From Nitrospirales bacterium (GTDB lineage Bacteria > Nitrospirota > Nitrospiria > Nitrospirales > UBA8639), in assembly GCA_963422365.1 (NCBI GenBank), contig OY729426.1, positions 1,344,001-1,408,000 on the forward strand: a stretch of DNA of 64,000 bases, in the 5' to 3' direction. Each line of letters opens with the position of its first letter. The stretch's first letter is position 1. Below, one piece after another: positions 51,486 through 62,297 of the stretch. The notes under the pieces were generated by a model. The model had not been told where the DNA came from, ran no database searches, and saw only the letters and a list, made by a program, of their open reading frames with translations. The translations under genes and the position numbers were made by a program.

Positions 51486-52367
51486 ATGAGTGACGAAGCT
51501 GTAACGCACGCGAGTCAGGGAAGCCAGGCGTCCCAAGAGGCCGTGTTGCCCGGCGTCAAATATATTATTGCGGTGGCGAGTGGAAAAGGCGGAGTCGGAA
51601 AATCCACGGTCTCGACCAATGTGGCCGTGGCGTTGGCGCAGACCGGCGCGAAAGTCGGGCTCATGGATGCGGATATTTACGGCCCGAATATTCCCATGAT
51701 GATGGGAGTACCGGAACCACCGAGGAAAGAGGGCGACAAAATCAGGCCGGCTGAAGCGCATGGCGTGAAGATCATGTCCATGGGGTTTTTCGTGCCGGAA
51801 GAAACCGCCATTGTGTGGCGGGGCCCCATGGTGCATACGGCCATTCAGCAGTTTTTTCGTGACGTGCTGTGGGGGGAACTGGACTACCTGTTGGTGGATT
51901 TGCCGCCGGGGACGGGGGATGCCCAGCTCAGTCTCTCCCAAATCGTTCCGCTGACCGGCGTCGTCACCGTGACCACGCCACAGGAAGTGGCATTATATGA
52001 CGTGCGCAAGGGCGTCATGATGTTTAAGAAAGTGAACGTCCCGCTCTTAGGCGTGATTGAAAACATGAGTTTCTTCGTCTGCGGCCATTGTGGAGAACGA
52101 ACGGACATTTTCTCGTTTGCGGGTGGAGAGCGAGCGGCGAAAAAATTCGACATTCCCTTCTTGGGGCGCATTCCCCTGGATTCTGCAATTCGAGAGGGTG
52201 GAGACGTAGGCATGCCGATTGTCTCAGCTGTTCCGAATTCTCCGCTCACCAAAGCGTTTCAGGGTGTGGCCGAAGCGTTGCAAGCACGCGTGAAGGAGTT
52301 AACGAGTGAATCAACGGGGGTAACCCTGAGTGAGATGGTGAAAAAGTTGAAAGAACCAATGGCGTGA
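51486..52367 (+). CDS. apbC: Mrp/ApbC/NBP35 Fe-S carrier ATPase
   Basis: [34 protein letters not shown]...CGHC. Confidence 0.95.
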   Translation: MSDEAVTHASQGSQASQEAVLPGVKYIIAVASGKGGVGKSTVSTNVAVALAQTGAKVGLMDADIYGPNIPMMMGVPEPPRKEGDKIRPAEAHGVKIMSMGFFVPEETAIVWRGPMVHTAIQQFFRDVLWGELDYLLVDLPPGTGDAQLSLSQIVPLTGVVTVTTPQEVALYDVRKGVMMFKKVNVPLLGVIENMSFFVCGHCGERTDIFSFAGGERAAKKFDIPFLGRIPLDSAIREGGDVGMPIVSAVPNSPLTKAFQGVAEALQARVKELTSESTGVTLSEMVKKLKEPMA

Positions 52368-52434
52368 TGGAAGGCACAGGTTCAAATCGAATAGGCGTTC
52401 ATTGACTCGGATGAAATAGTGGTGGAGGATCCCG

Positions 52435-52740
52435 ATGGCTGAAAGGGTCAAAGTAGCAAATACGGACGAGTTGGAACCCGGGCAAGGCATGGTCGCCGAA
52501 GTCGGCGGCAAAGAGATTGCCCTCTTCAATGTCGGCGGCATGTTTTATGCTCTGAACAATATCTGTGTGCATCGTGGGGGGCCGTTGGGTGAGGGTGAGT
52601 TGGACGGCGAAGTGGTCACCTGTCCCTGGCACAACTGGGAATACAACGTGACGACCGGGGCCTGTCTCACGAATCCGTCCACGTGTGTGGCTCAATTCCC
52701 TCTGGTGGTGGAAGGGAACGAAGTCAAGATCGACCTGTAA
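52435..52740 (+). CDS. Rieske-type ferredoxin
   Basis: CVH...CPWH. Confidence 0.92.
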   Translation: MAERVKVANTDELEPGQGMVAEVGGKEIALFNVGGMFYALNNICVHRGGPLGEGELDGEVVTCPWHNWEYNVTTGACLTNPSTCVAQFPLVVEGNEVKIDL

Positions 52741-52836
52741 CCTGTCAGAGGGTTGCCGTCATCAGATCCGCCTGTTGTAGGAGAAGGTCTACAGCGCCTT
52801 CACCAAGCCATTGCAAAGCAACCTCATTGTTGACCG

Positions 52837-54330
52837 ATGACACCCAGTGAATTACCCCCCCCCCCCCCCCCCCCCCGAAACTGTGGTGAATCGAATAGCG
52901 AGATCACCGTACCGCTGGTCGTTGACGTTGATGGCTCGCTGGTCGGCGGCGATCTGTTGATCGAAGGCGCCTTCCAGCTTCTCGCCGTCTCCCCGCTCAC
53001 ACTGTTTGCTTTCCCCTTCTGGCTCACCAAGGGCCGCGCCGTGCTGAAACGCAGGATTGCTAGGGCCATTCCGTTGCCGCCGGCAACGCTGGTGCTGAAC
53101 CCGTGCGTGATGGAGGAGATTGCCGCATCGAAGGCGGCGGGGCGCGAGGTCTGGCTGGCCTCCGCCTCCGACGAACTCGTAGTCACTCCACTCGTCGAAG
53201 CTGTCGGTGCGCAGGGCTGCTTTGCCTCGGACAGTAGCACTAACCTGGCCGGTCAGGCCAAAGCCGCGGCGCTGGTCAAAACATTCGGTGAGCGTGGGTT
53301 CGACTACATTGGCAACGAACGGCGCGATCTGGAGGTCTGGAAACATGCTAGGCGCGCTATCGGGGTCAACCTCTCAGCGGGCCTTGCGCGGGAAGTACGA
53401 GTACTGGACAACGGTGCTCGGTTCCTCCCCGGACTCGGTGGCCGTCCGCTCGACTATCTTTGGGCACTGCGTCCGCGCCATTGGATCAAGAATGCGCTTG
53501 TGTTCGCACCCCTCGTCGCAGCGCACGAGACACGTCCCGAGACGTACCTGGCCGTGGCTGGGGTGTTCGCAGCGCTGTCAGTCTGTGCATCGGGCATGTA
53601 CCTGTTCAACGACCTGCTCGATCTTCCGCATGACCGCCGGCACAGGAGCAAGCATCATCGTCCGTTGGCGGCGGGGAAGGTGCGGTTGGACTTGGCCTTG
53701 GTCATCGTTGCCGCGCTTCCGGCAGTGGGTCTTGCCTTAGCCTTCTGGTTATCCACCTCCGCGGGGCTTTGCGTCCTTCTGTATTTGGCCCTGACGGTTG
53801 CTTACTCGCTGTGGCTCAAGCGCTGGATCTTCGCCGATATAGTCGTGCTCGCCGGACTCTTCGCGATTCGCGTTCTCGCCGGGGCCCAGGCAGTTTCGAT
53901 CACGCTGTCGCCATGGTTCTTGGCTTTTTTTATGTTCGTTTTTCTCGCTTTGGCGGTAGTCAAGCGCCAAAGCGAGTTGCACGCGCTGCATGAGATCGGT
54001 CGGTCAGCAGCTGACGGGCGGGCTTATGTTGCCAAGGATCTCACCACGCTGACGTCTCTCGGGGTGGCCAGCGGCTTCGCCTCAGTCGTGGTGCTCACTC
54101 TCTACATCCAAAGTCCGGAAGTGAGCCGACTTTATGCCAGACAGGAATTCCTGTGGCTAGCCTGTCCGCTGCTGGTCTACTGGCTGGGGCGCATGACGCT
54201 GCTCGCCAATCGGGGGGCAGCAGACGACCCGGTGGTGTTCGCCATGGGAGATCGGTCCAGCTGGCTGACTGCTATCGGTATCCTCGTCGTATTCGCGCTC
54301 GCAGTATGGCCCTGGGGGTCGGCGACATGA
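52837..54330 (+). CDS. HAD-like domain plus UbiA-family polyprenyl-phosphate phosphoribosyltransferase (DPPR synthase-like)
   Basis: VDVDGSL, RPRHWIKN, YLFNDLLD..HD..H..K..RPLAAG, YSLWLK. Confidence 0.88.
   Translation: MTPSELPPPPPPPRNCGESNSEITVPLVVDVDGSLVGGDLLIEGAFQLLAVSPLTLFAFPFWLTKGRAVLKRRIARAIPLPPATLVLNPCVMEEIAASKAAGREVWLASASDELVVTPLVEAVGAQGCFASDSSTNLAGQAKAAALVKTFGERGFDYIGNERRDLEVWKHARRAIGVNLSAGLAREVRVLDNGARFLPGLGGRPLDYLWALRPRHWIKNALVFAPLVAAHETRPETYLAVAGVFAALSVCASGMYLFNDLLDLPHDRRHRSKHHRPLAAGKVRLDLALVIVAALPAVGLALAFWLSTSAGLCVLLYLALTVAYSLWLKRWIFADIVVLAGLFAIRVLAGAQAVSITLSPWFLAFFMFVFLALAVVKRQSELHALHEIGRSAADGRAYVAKDLTTLTSLGVASGFASVVVLTLYIQSPEVSRLYARQEFLWLACPLLVYWLGRMTLLANRGAADDPVVFAMGDRSSWLTAIGILVVFALAVWPWGSAT
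52855..52876 (+). repeat. C22 homopolymer in the 5' coding region
   Basis: 22 consecutive C, translated as poly-Pro. Confidence 0.9.
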
Positions 54331-55658
54331 AGCTTTCCGGCTGGGGCCGACATCCGGTGCTGGATTGCCGGGTGGAGCGCCTGCGTGAGCGCGAGGCGCT
54401 GCCCGGACTGCTCGGTCGCGGCGACACTCTGATCGCCCGCGGCAACGGCCGCTCCTACGGCGATGCCGCGCTCAATCCGGATCTCACGCTCTCCATGCTG
54501 GCGATGGACCGGATGCGGGCGTTCGATGCGAAGACGGGGCTCCTGACCTGCGAGGCCGGCGTGCTGCTAGCCGATATCCTGGACACCTTCGCGCCGCGCG
54601 GCTGGTTTCCGCCGGTTGTGCCCGGAACCAAGTTCGTCACGGTCGGCGGCATGATCGCCGCGGATGTGCACGGCAAGAACCATCACTGCGAGGGCGCCTT
54701 CGGCGCGCATGTCGAATCGCTGGTACTGGCCACCGCGGACAGCGAAGTGCGCACCTGCAGCCGTACGGAACACGCCGACCTGTTTCGCGCGACCCTCGGT
54801 GGGATGGGCCTGACCGGCGTCATCCTGTCCGCGAGCTTCCGGCTCAAACCGATTGCGACGGCCTTCGTCATGGCGCAGACGCTGGCCGGGACCGATCTCG
54901 ACGAGACGATGGCCTTGTTGGAGGCGTCCGCGGATTGGCCCTACAGCGTGGCGTGGGTCGATTGTCTGGCGCGGGGCGTGAAGTTGGGTCGCGCTCTGAT
55001 GACGCGCGGCACATTCATGGAGCCTGGGGCGCTGCCGTCCCGGCTCGCGCGCAACCCCCTGCGCCAAGCGTCGGCGGGCCGATTGGCCATTCCGGCCGAT
55101 GCGCCCTCCATGCTGCTCAACCCCTACGCGATCAGGCTCTTCAACACCCTCTACTACCGGCGGGGGCAAACGAGAGCCGGGGCACGGCCGGTCCATTTCG
55201 ATCCGTTCTTCTTTCCTTTGGACCGAATCGAGGCCTGGAACCGTCTCTACGGGCGGCGAGGATTCGTCCAGTACCAGTGCGTGCTGCCCAGGCACGAAAG
55301 CCCGACCGGTATCGCGGCCTTGCTCGAACGGGTTGCCGCGGCCGGGCAGGGCTCGTTCCTCGCGGTGCTCAAGCTGTTCGGCCCCGGCGGCGATGGGCTG
55401 TTGTCGTTCCCCATGGAGGGCTACACCTTGGCGCTCGACTTTCCGCTGCGTAAAGGCGTACTGGCGCTGCTCGACGATCTCGATGAAATCACCCACCGGC
55501 ACGGCGGGCGGGTCTATCTCGCAAAGGACGCCCGGTGCGCACCGGAACGGATGCGCGAGGGCTACCACTGCCTCGAAGAATTCAAGGCAGTGCGCGCGGA
55601 AACAACCAACGCCGGGCGCGGCTTCGCCTCCGCGCTCTCGCGAAGGCTCGAGTTGTGA
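54327..55658 (+). CDS. dprE1: DprE1-like FAD-dependent polyprenyl-phosphoribose 2'-oxidase
   Basis: LSGWG, RGNGRSYGDAA, PGTKFVTVGG..A.DVHGKNH, FFPLD, GFVQYQ, SFLAVLK, GYTLALD, YLAKD. Confidence 0.85.
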   Translation: MKLSGWGRHPVLDCRVERLREREALPGLLGRGDTLIARGNGRSYGDAALNPDLTLSMLAMDRMRAFDAKTGLLTCEAGVLLADILDTFAPRGWFPPVVPGTKFVTVGGMIAADVHGKNHHCEGAFGAHVESLVLATADSEVRTCSRTEHADLFRATLGGMGLTGVILSASFRLKPIATAFVMAQTLAGTDLDETMALLEASADWPYSVAWVDCLARGVKLGRALMTRGTFMEPGALPSRLARNPLRQASAGRLAIPADAPSMLLNPYAIRLFNTLYYRRGQTRAGARPVHFDPFFFPLDRIEAWNRLYGRRGFVQYQCVLPRHESPTGIAALLERVAAAGQGSFLAVLKLFGPGGDGLLSFPMEGYTLALDFPLRKGVLALLDDLDEITHRHGGRVYLAKDARCAPERMREGYHCLEEFKAVRAETTNAGRGFASALSRRLEL

Positions 55659-57590
55659 GCGTCGTGTCAGAAACCGGAAGAAAAATGCAAACCAGAGGGT
55701 TCACGCTGTTGGTGGTGGTTCTCGCGGTCTCAGGGGGCGTGCTGGTCTATACACAGGTATTCCCATACGGCGCCCATCTGAACACCGACTCGTTCTCATA
55801 CCTGTCGGCAGCGCGGAGCTTATTGTCGGGCGAAGGCTATCTTATATTCGGAGGGAGTGGGAGGACTGACCTGTGGCCTCCCATATACCCCGCGCTGCTC
55901 GCCTTGGCGAGCCTTGTTTCCGGAATGGACCCGCTGGCTGTCATCGACCCTTTCAACGCCATCATTTTCGGTCTGACGGTCCTCGTTCTCGGAAGATGGC
56001 TGAGCTGGCGCCTGGAGCATCGCCCCCTGATGGTATGGGCATGTCTGGCGGCCCTGTTCATCGGGCCGGTGTTTTGGATCGCGACCCACGCACGATCAGA
56101 ATCGCTCTTCATTTTGTTCACGACTCTGGCGCTGAGTAGTGCAGACAGATTTCTGAAGATATCCGGGGGGGGGGCGATCACATTTACTTGCGGCAGCAGT
56201 GTGGACCGCGCTGGCGTGCCTGACCCGCTATGCGGGCGTCACGATCGTCGCCGCAGTCGTGCCACTGCTGTTGCTTCAGCGGTCGTATGGACTTCGGGCA
56301 AGGTTCGTGCATACGGCCATGTATGCAGTGGTTTCTGTGGCGCCGTTCGCCGCCTGGTTGGTGCGAAACCTTGTGACCACGGGAAATCTTGCGGGGCCGC
56401 GTGCTCCTTCGACGGTTTCCCTATGGGAGAATCTTGGGCGTCTGCTCGCAAATATATCTGAGTGGCCTCCGGTATGGATCTTGCTGACGATGGCAGCCGT
56501 CTATGTCTTCGTCCGTTGGGTGCGTCGGGAAGATGCGGGGATGGCCATCGGATTCCGCCCATCGGTGGTCGGGGCATTCACCTTCGTCTTCTTCGGCTTC
56601 ATGCTCTGGACAACGACGACAGTTGCCATAGATCGTTTGGATCAACGACTGCTGTCTCCGGCGTTCATACCGTTGCTTGTGTGCTCCGCGCTGGCTGTGG
56701 ATCGCTGGTGGTCCAGCTATCGCGACGGACTACGATCGTCGAGACAGACCGCTGGCTTGCTCGGACAGTTACGAATGAGCTGGTGGCCTGCTATCGGCGT
56801 GGCAGTGTTGCTCAGCGCCTATGTGATGGCCGAAGGTTCCCACGTGGTCTACAAGAGCCTGCTGAAATCGGTCCGACCAGCTTCGATAGCCACGCGGCAA
56901 GGCATGCTCGAATCGCCGACGTTCCAGTATCTGCGAGCGCATCGACCTCTTGGCTTTGTCGTCTCCAACGCCAACAAGCCGTGGTTTCATGGGGGCGCAG
57001 ACATCTCTTCCGGGACGGAAGTCGTCCGGCTACCGAGACGCAAACAGGATCAGTTTGCGTTATTGCGAAGGGCGGATACCGTCGTCTGGTTTCACGATCT
57101 GTTTAGAGGCCGGCTCGACAATGCTCTCCCCTGGCTGCGTGGATTGTCGATTCTGGAGAAAGTAGCCGAGCTCGATGATGGCGTCGTCTTCCAGGTCTTG
57201 GCCGACCATCGATCAGAAGCGTATGCCCTGCCCCGCGGACATCCTGTCATACGGGGCGATTTCGATGTCTATCTCGAGGAGACCGCACTGACCTACATCG
57301 CTGAGCCCTGCCCGCGCTCGGTCACGATGCCCCGTTTCTTCTTTCATCTCTATCCGGTCGATAGAAACGACCTTCCGCCTGAGCGACAGGACCACGGCTT
57401 CGACACTCTCGATTTCCCCTTCGATCGATATGGCGTGTGGCTGAACGACAAGTGTTTGGTTCGCCGACCCCTGCCGAACTATGAGATTGCCTCCATCCGC
57501 ACCGGCCAGTACATATCCGGCGAGGGCCGCATCTGGGAAGGCAGCTTCGACTTTGCGGAGCCGGCGGGCGACGAGGAAAGCTCGCAATGA
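55655..57590 (+). pseudogene. GT-C-like membrane glycosyltransferase 1, frameshifted at a G10 tract (56165-56174)
   Basis: TDSFSY...WPPIYP, SESLF, LTRYAG, many TM helices. G9 would join ORFs 55535.. and 56199.. in frame. Confidence 0.75.
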
Positions 57591-60058
57591 CCGGCGAAGG
57601 AAAAACGGCGCTGGGATCCGGCGCCACGCATATCGGATGCGCCATCGCGCGCCGGCTGACAAGCAAGCGGTGGCGTGCGTTTGCCGCCCGCCGTGTGGAT
57701 TTGACCATGCCCACCCGGCTACACAAGGCGCTGTTCGTCCTGTTCATCGGTGGCATCCTGGTCTACGGGGCCGGGTTCGCCTGCTACCTGCTCGCCCGCT
57801 TCGACCTCGTCAACCTGCTTCGCGACGTGAATGCCGACGACTCTTTCTACTACTTTCAGATCGCCTGGAACCTGGCCGAGGGGAAGTTCTCCACCTTCGA
57901 CGGCGGCATCAGCCGCACCAACGGCTATCACCCCGTCTGGATGCTGCTTGTCACGCCGTTCTACTGGGTGTTCGACAAGGAAGCGGCGCTGTTCGCCATC
58001 AAGGCGTTCGAGATCATGCTGGTCGCCGGCGGTGTCGCCGCCATTGCCATGGCGGCCCGCCTGGCGCGCCTGCCGTGGGTGCTGCTGTTCGCCGCGCTGC
58101 CGGTGTTATATCAAAGTCGCGGTACCTGGGTGGGGATGGAGGCATCCGCGGGGCTGTTCATGCTGGGCTTGTTGTTTCTGACCCTGTGCCTGTACGCGCG
58201 CAATCCGGCACGCTGGCGCTGGGCGCTGGCCACGGTCGCCTTCGCCCTGCCGTGGGTGCGTCTGGAGTACATGGCCATATCCCTGGCGGCCACCGGCGCG
58301 CTGTACGTTATCGAATGGTCTTGGCGGGAGCGGTCGTCCGGCGCATCCCGGAGAGAGCAAGTCCGTTCCGTATTGGCGGCCGATGCCGTCATTCCATTGC
58401 TCGGTGCCCTCGCTGGCATCCTGGTCTATTTCGCCTACAACTGGCTCGTCTTCGGCGGCATCCTGCCGGTAAGCGGCGTGACCAAACACCTCTGGTCGCA
58501 AGTTCGGTGGGAATATGAAGGCGGCTACAGCCTGCCGCGGAACCTCCTGAACATCATGGAAATCCGGATGTTCAGCGGCGGCGCGCTGGCGGTTATGCTG
58601 GCGTCCTGTGCCTTCCTCCCGCTGCTCTGGTGGCTTGTCCGCCGTGCACGCAGGCGGGACGACTGGCTGCCGTTGGTTTTTCTGGTGGGCGTGTTCGGTG
58701 TGGCGGCGGGCCATCTGGGCAAATTCGCGCAGACCGTGCTTGCCGTACATCCTGCCGTCGCGAACTACTCTTGGTATTTCGTCCCGGCCTATCTGACGCT
58801 GGCGCTGTTCATTCCTGTCGGATGTTACGTAGCAGTCCGTCTGGTGCTTCGCCTTGTCACTCCAAAATCGCGTCGCGTCGCCGTGCTCCTGAGCCGGGGG
58901 ATCATCGGCGTCAGGATAGTCATCCTGTTCATCAGGGCAAACTTCACTTATCCGTTCCAGTATGTAGATCGTTCCAGCCAAAGTAACTGGGACTGGGAGG
59001 TACACTCCTACACAGGCACGCAGGCGATGAACCACATCCTTCCCGAAGGCAGCGTGGTCGGGTCGTGGGACGCCGGCGTCATCGGTTACTTCTCGCGCTT
59101 TCCGGTGGTGAATCTCGACGGTCTGGTCAACTCGTACGAGTATCTGCGCGGATACCGTGACGCGGGTCGGAAAACAGGATGGACATACAAATACAGGTAT
59201 TCAAATGCCGATCCGCTGTTCGAGAAATTCAGGGTCACGCATTTCGCCAACATGATGTATCTCGACAAGAAAATTAATAAGTTGATATATGAGGGCGTTT
59301 CATATGTACCTCCCCACGAGGGGGGATGTCCGGATGCCGATAGTGAGATACACCTTCGACCCTGTACGTCCCCGCGGGGGATGTCGTTTCAAATCTGGTC
59401 CGCCGCGCCACTGGGCAATTTTGATGCCGCCACCTGGTTTTGGGAAAAAATGGAGCCTCACTTCGACTACCGGTCGGGTGATGCCGGGCTTATCGTAAAC
59501 GGTCGGACGGTGCAGGCGTTCGCCAGGAAATGCCCATCGGACGAGGAGATCGTGTGGTCCTGGAATGGGTCGGAAGGCAAGGCGTTCGTCGGCCCCTCGC
59601 GGCGGTGGAGGAATACGCAAACCGGGTTATGCGTAGCCACCGCCGTGTTGCCCCAAAACTCAGATGCCCTGATGCGGCTTGAGCCAATGACAGCGAGCGA
59701 TTACCTGGCGGAGCTGATCAAGGATCGCCAACCGGTCATCCGCTCGAATTATGATGTGTATCTTGTCGACGACAGCCTCATCTACGTCAGGGATCAGTGT
59801 AAGGCGGCGGACACCGAGGCGCCCTTCTTCCTGCATGTCACACCCGCCCGCCGGTTTGATTTATCCGTCCGGCACTGGTCGTATGGCTACGACAACCTGA
59901 ACTTCGATTTCAAGGACCGTGGGGTCGTCTTCGACGGCAAGTGCATGGCGGTGCGCGATGCGCCGGACTACGCCATTGCCGGTATTCATACCGGACAATT
60001 CACGTCGGCGGGGCGCGTATGGCAGGGGGAATATCACCGTGATGCGTCGCATCGATAA
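57587..60058 (+). CDS. GT-C-like membrane glycosyltransferase 2
   Basis: ADDSFYY..IA.N...G, TNGYHP.W, GMEA, RLE, DAGVIGY...NLDGLVN, C-terminal repeated domain. Confidence 0.75.
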   Translation: MTGEGKTALGSGATHIGCAIARRLTSKRWRAFAARRVDLTMPTRLHKALFVLFIGGILVYGAGFACYLLARFDLVNLLRDVNADDSFYYFQIAWNLAEGKFSTFDGGISRTNGYHPVWMLLVTPFYWVFDKEAALFAIKAFEIMLVAGGVAAIAMAARLARLPWVLLFAALPVLYQSRGTWVGMEASAGLFMLGLLFLTLCLYARNPARWRWALATVAFALPWVRLEYMAISLAATGALYVIEWSWRERSSGASRREQVRSVLAADAVIPLLGALAGILVYFAYNWLVFGGILPVSGVTKHLWSQVRWEYEGGYSLPRNLLNIMEIRMFSGGALAVMLASCAFLPLLWWLVRRARRRDDWLPLVFLVGVFGVAAGHLGKFAQTVLAVHPAVANYSWYFVPAYLTLALFIPVGCYVAVRLVLRLVTPKSRRVAVLLSRGIIGVRIVILFIRANFTYPFQYVDRSSQSNWDWEVHSYTGTQAMNHILPEGSVVGSWDAGVIGYFSRFPVVNLDGLVNSYEYLRGYRDAGRKTGWTYKYRYSNADPLFEKFRVTHFANMMYLDKKINKLIYEGVSYVPPHEGGCPDADSEIHLRPCTSPRGMSFQIWSAAPLGNFDAATWFWEKMEPHFDYRSGDAGLIVNGRTVQAFARKCPSDEEIVWSWNGSEGKAFVGPSRRWRNTQTGLCVATAVLPQNSDALMRLEPMTASDYLAELIKDRQPVIRSNYDVYLVDDSLIYVRDQCKAADTEAPFFLHVTPARRFDLSVRHWSYGYDNLNFDFKDRGVVFDGKCMAVRDAPDYAIAGIHTGQFTSAGRVWQGEYHRDASHR

Positions 60059-62200
60059 CATGATGACGGAGTGGTCGACCGGGCTGCAAAGGTCGCCAAT
60101 ATTCCTGATATCGCTCTGCCTGCCATGGCTGGTTCTGCTTGGATGGCTCGCCGCTGTCGCATGGTTCTTGTGCGATGACGCCTTCATCAGCTTCCGCTAC
60201 GTCCGCAACCTGCTGGAAGGCCACGGCCTGGTCTTCAATCCCGGCGAGTACGTCGAGGGCTACACCAACTTCCTGTGGGTGCTGGAGTTGGCGGCGATAT
60301 GGAGACTGTCGGGCATCCCGCCGGAACAGGCGGCAACCTGGCTGTCCGTCGTCTGCACCGTCGGGACTATCGCGGCGATGCTGTGGTGGGTCATGCGCCT
60401 GCCGGGGGTACGCCATCGTGGTCTGGTCGCGTGGATGGCCCTCGGTTTGCTGTGCTCCAGCGCCACCTTCGCGGTGTGGACCTCCGGCGGTGGGCTGGAA
60501 ACGCGGCAGTTCACCTTCTTCACCGTCCTGGCCGTCGTTCTCCTGAGCCTTTATCGCGACCGTCGTCGGGGGTTGGCGATAGCTTCACTGAGCCTAGCGC
60601 TGGCTGCCTACACTCGGCCCGAAGGGCTGTTGATCGGCGCTCTGTGCATCGGCTGGTTCGCCGTTCAGTTGATGGTGGCGGCCTTGCCTGAGCGGCCGGC
60701 AGGCGAACGCCTCCGGCCGGATTGGCGGCGCCTGGCGTGGCTGGCGATGCCGTTCGCAGCGCTGGTGGCCGCCCACTACCTGTTCCGCTATGGCTACTAT
60801 GGCGAGTGGCTGCCCAACACCTACTACGCCAAGCACGTGCGACCCTGGTACGAGTCCGGGTTCCGCTATCTGTGGGCAGCGACGTTGGAGACCGGCCTGT
60901 ACCTGCTGCTCCCTCTGGCCGCCGTCGCCATGCGGCATCGCTGGCGCTCGCGCCGCGACGGGGCCTTCGCGCTGGTGCTGCTCCTGGTCGGCGTCCACAT
61001 GATCTATGTGATGCGGATCGGCGGCGATCACTTCGAGTACCGTCCGCTGGACTTCTACTGGCCGCTGCTGGCCGTCCCCGCCGCCCTGGGCATCGTCCAT
61101 CTCGGTTCGCGCCTTGCCGCCCGGCGTTGGCGGCCTCCCGCGTTGGGCCGGATGGGCGCGCGAACTCTTGCGGTCGCTCTCTTCGTCCCGGTGCTGTTCT
61201 ACGCCAGCGCCATCCAGGGTGCGCTGCTGTTCGCGGGTGCCGGGATTCGCGAGCAGGTTGTCAAGCTGCATATAGAACTCGACGACGACAATGCCGGGTG
61301 GCTGCTTGCCGCGCCCGCAATGCCGATGCTGGTCGCCATCTCCAACGACCTGCGTCGCCTCGCTGCCCCACAGCTCGTCGCTTCGCCCTTCGCGGAGCAC
61401 CGCGAGTTCGCCCGCGATCAACTACGAAACTGGAAACCTTACGAGAACATGCAGCGAGGCGTGATCCCCGATGACGCGCTGATATCCGGCGGCTCGCTCG
61501 GCATCCGCTTCTATTATCTACCGGACCTGAAAGTGATCGACAGATATGGTTTGACCGATGCCACGGTGGCCTGCAGCCCGGTCACCAGACCCAATCGCGA
61601 ACGTGTCATTGCCCATGATCGTTGGCCACCGCCTGGATATCTGCAAGCACGGGGAGTCAACTCACCATACGTCCTCCCGAGTCCAGCGCATACGCAGCAC
61701 TCGCCCGCGCGCGCTACGCCGTAAAGGTCGGTGCCGATCTGTGGATGCCCTTCGATTCCCCGGACGAACAGTGGGTCCTCGAGCGTTTTGGCGACCGCGA
61801 CCTGCGTATACGAGAGGAATATGCGCCAAGGTTGCGACCGCCCGGACTCGAACCGGTGATCCGTTCGAACTTCGACGTCTATTTCACCGGGAAATCCCTC
61901 GTCTACGAAAAGCAACCGTGCCGCCGTCCGACCGATGTCGAGGCGCCCTTCTTCGTGCATGTGTTCCCGATGGACCGCAACGACCTGCCCGATCGCCGCA
62001 GGCAGTCCCAATTCGACAATCTCGATTTCAGATTTCGAAGCATCGGCCAGGAAGTCGGGGGAACATGCTTCGCCGTCCGGCATCTGCCGGAGTACCCCAT
62101 CGCTACCATCCGCACCGGACAGTACACCGGCGGGGGACGGGTCTGGGAGGGCAGCTTCGATATTGCCGGGCAGGCGCGCGACGGGGAGGCCGCGCCATGA
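60042..62200 (+). pseudogene. GT-C (AftB-like) arabinofuranosyltransferase-like protein 3, 1-nt frameshift near 61662
   Basis: CDDAFISFRY..N...GHG..FN.GE.VEGYTN.LW, GLET, TRPEG, PNTYYAK, GGD, D..GLTD. The C-terminus lies in ORF 61622..62200. Confidence 0.78.
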
Positions 62201-62268
62201 CAGACAGGTGCGAAACGGCGCTGGTGCTCGGCGCCACCTCGGATATCGGCGGCGCCATCGCGTTGTGA
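62197..62268 (+). pseudogene. N-terminal stub of a DprE2-like SDR
   Basis: ATGA overlap with the previous gene. MTDRCETALVLGATSDIGGAIAL* is a Rossmann start that stops after 23 codons. Confidence 0.65.
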
Positions 62269-62297
62269 AGGACACGGGATTACCGGGAGAATTGTAG

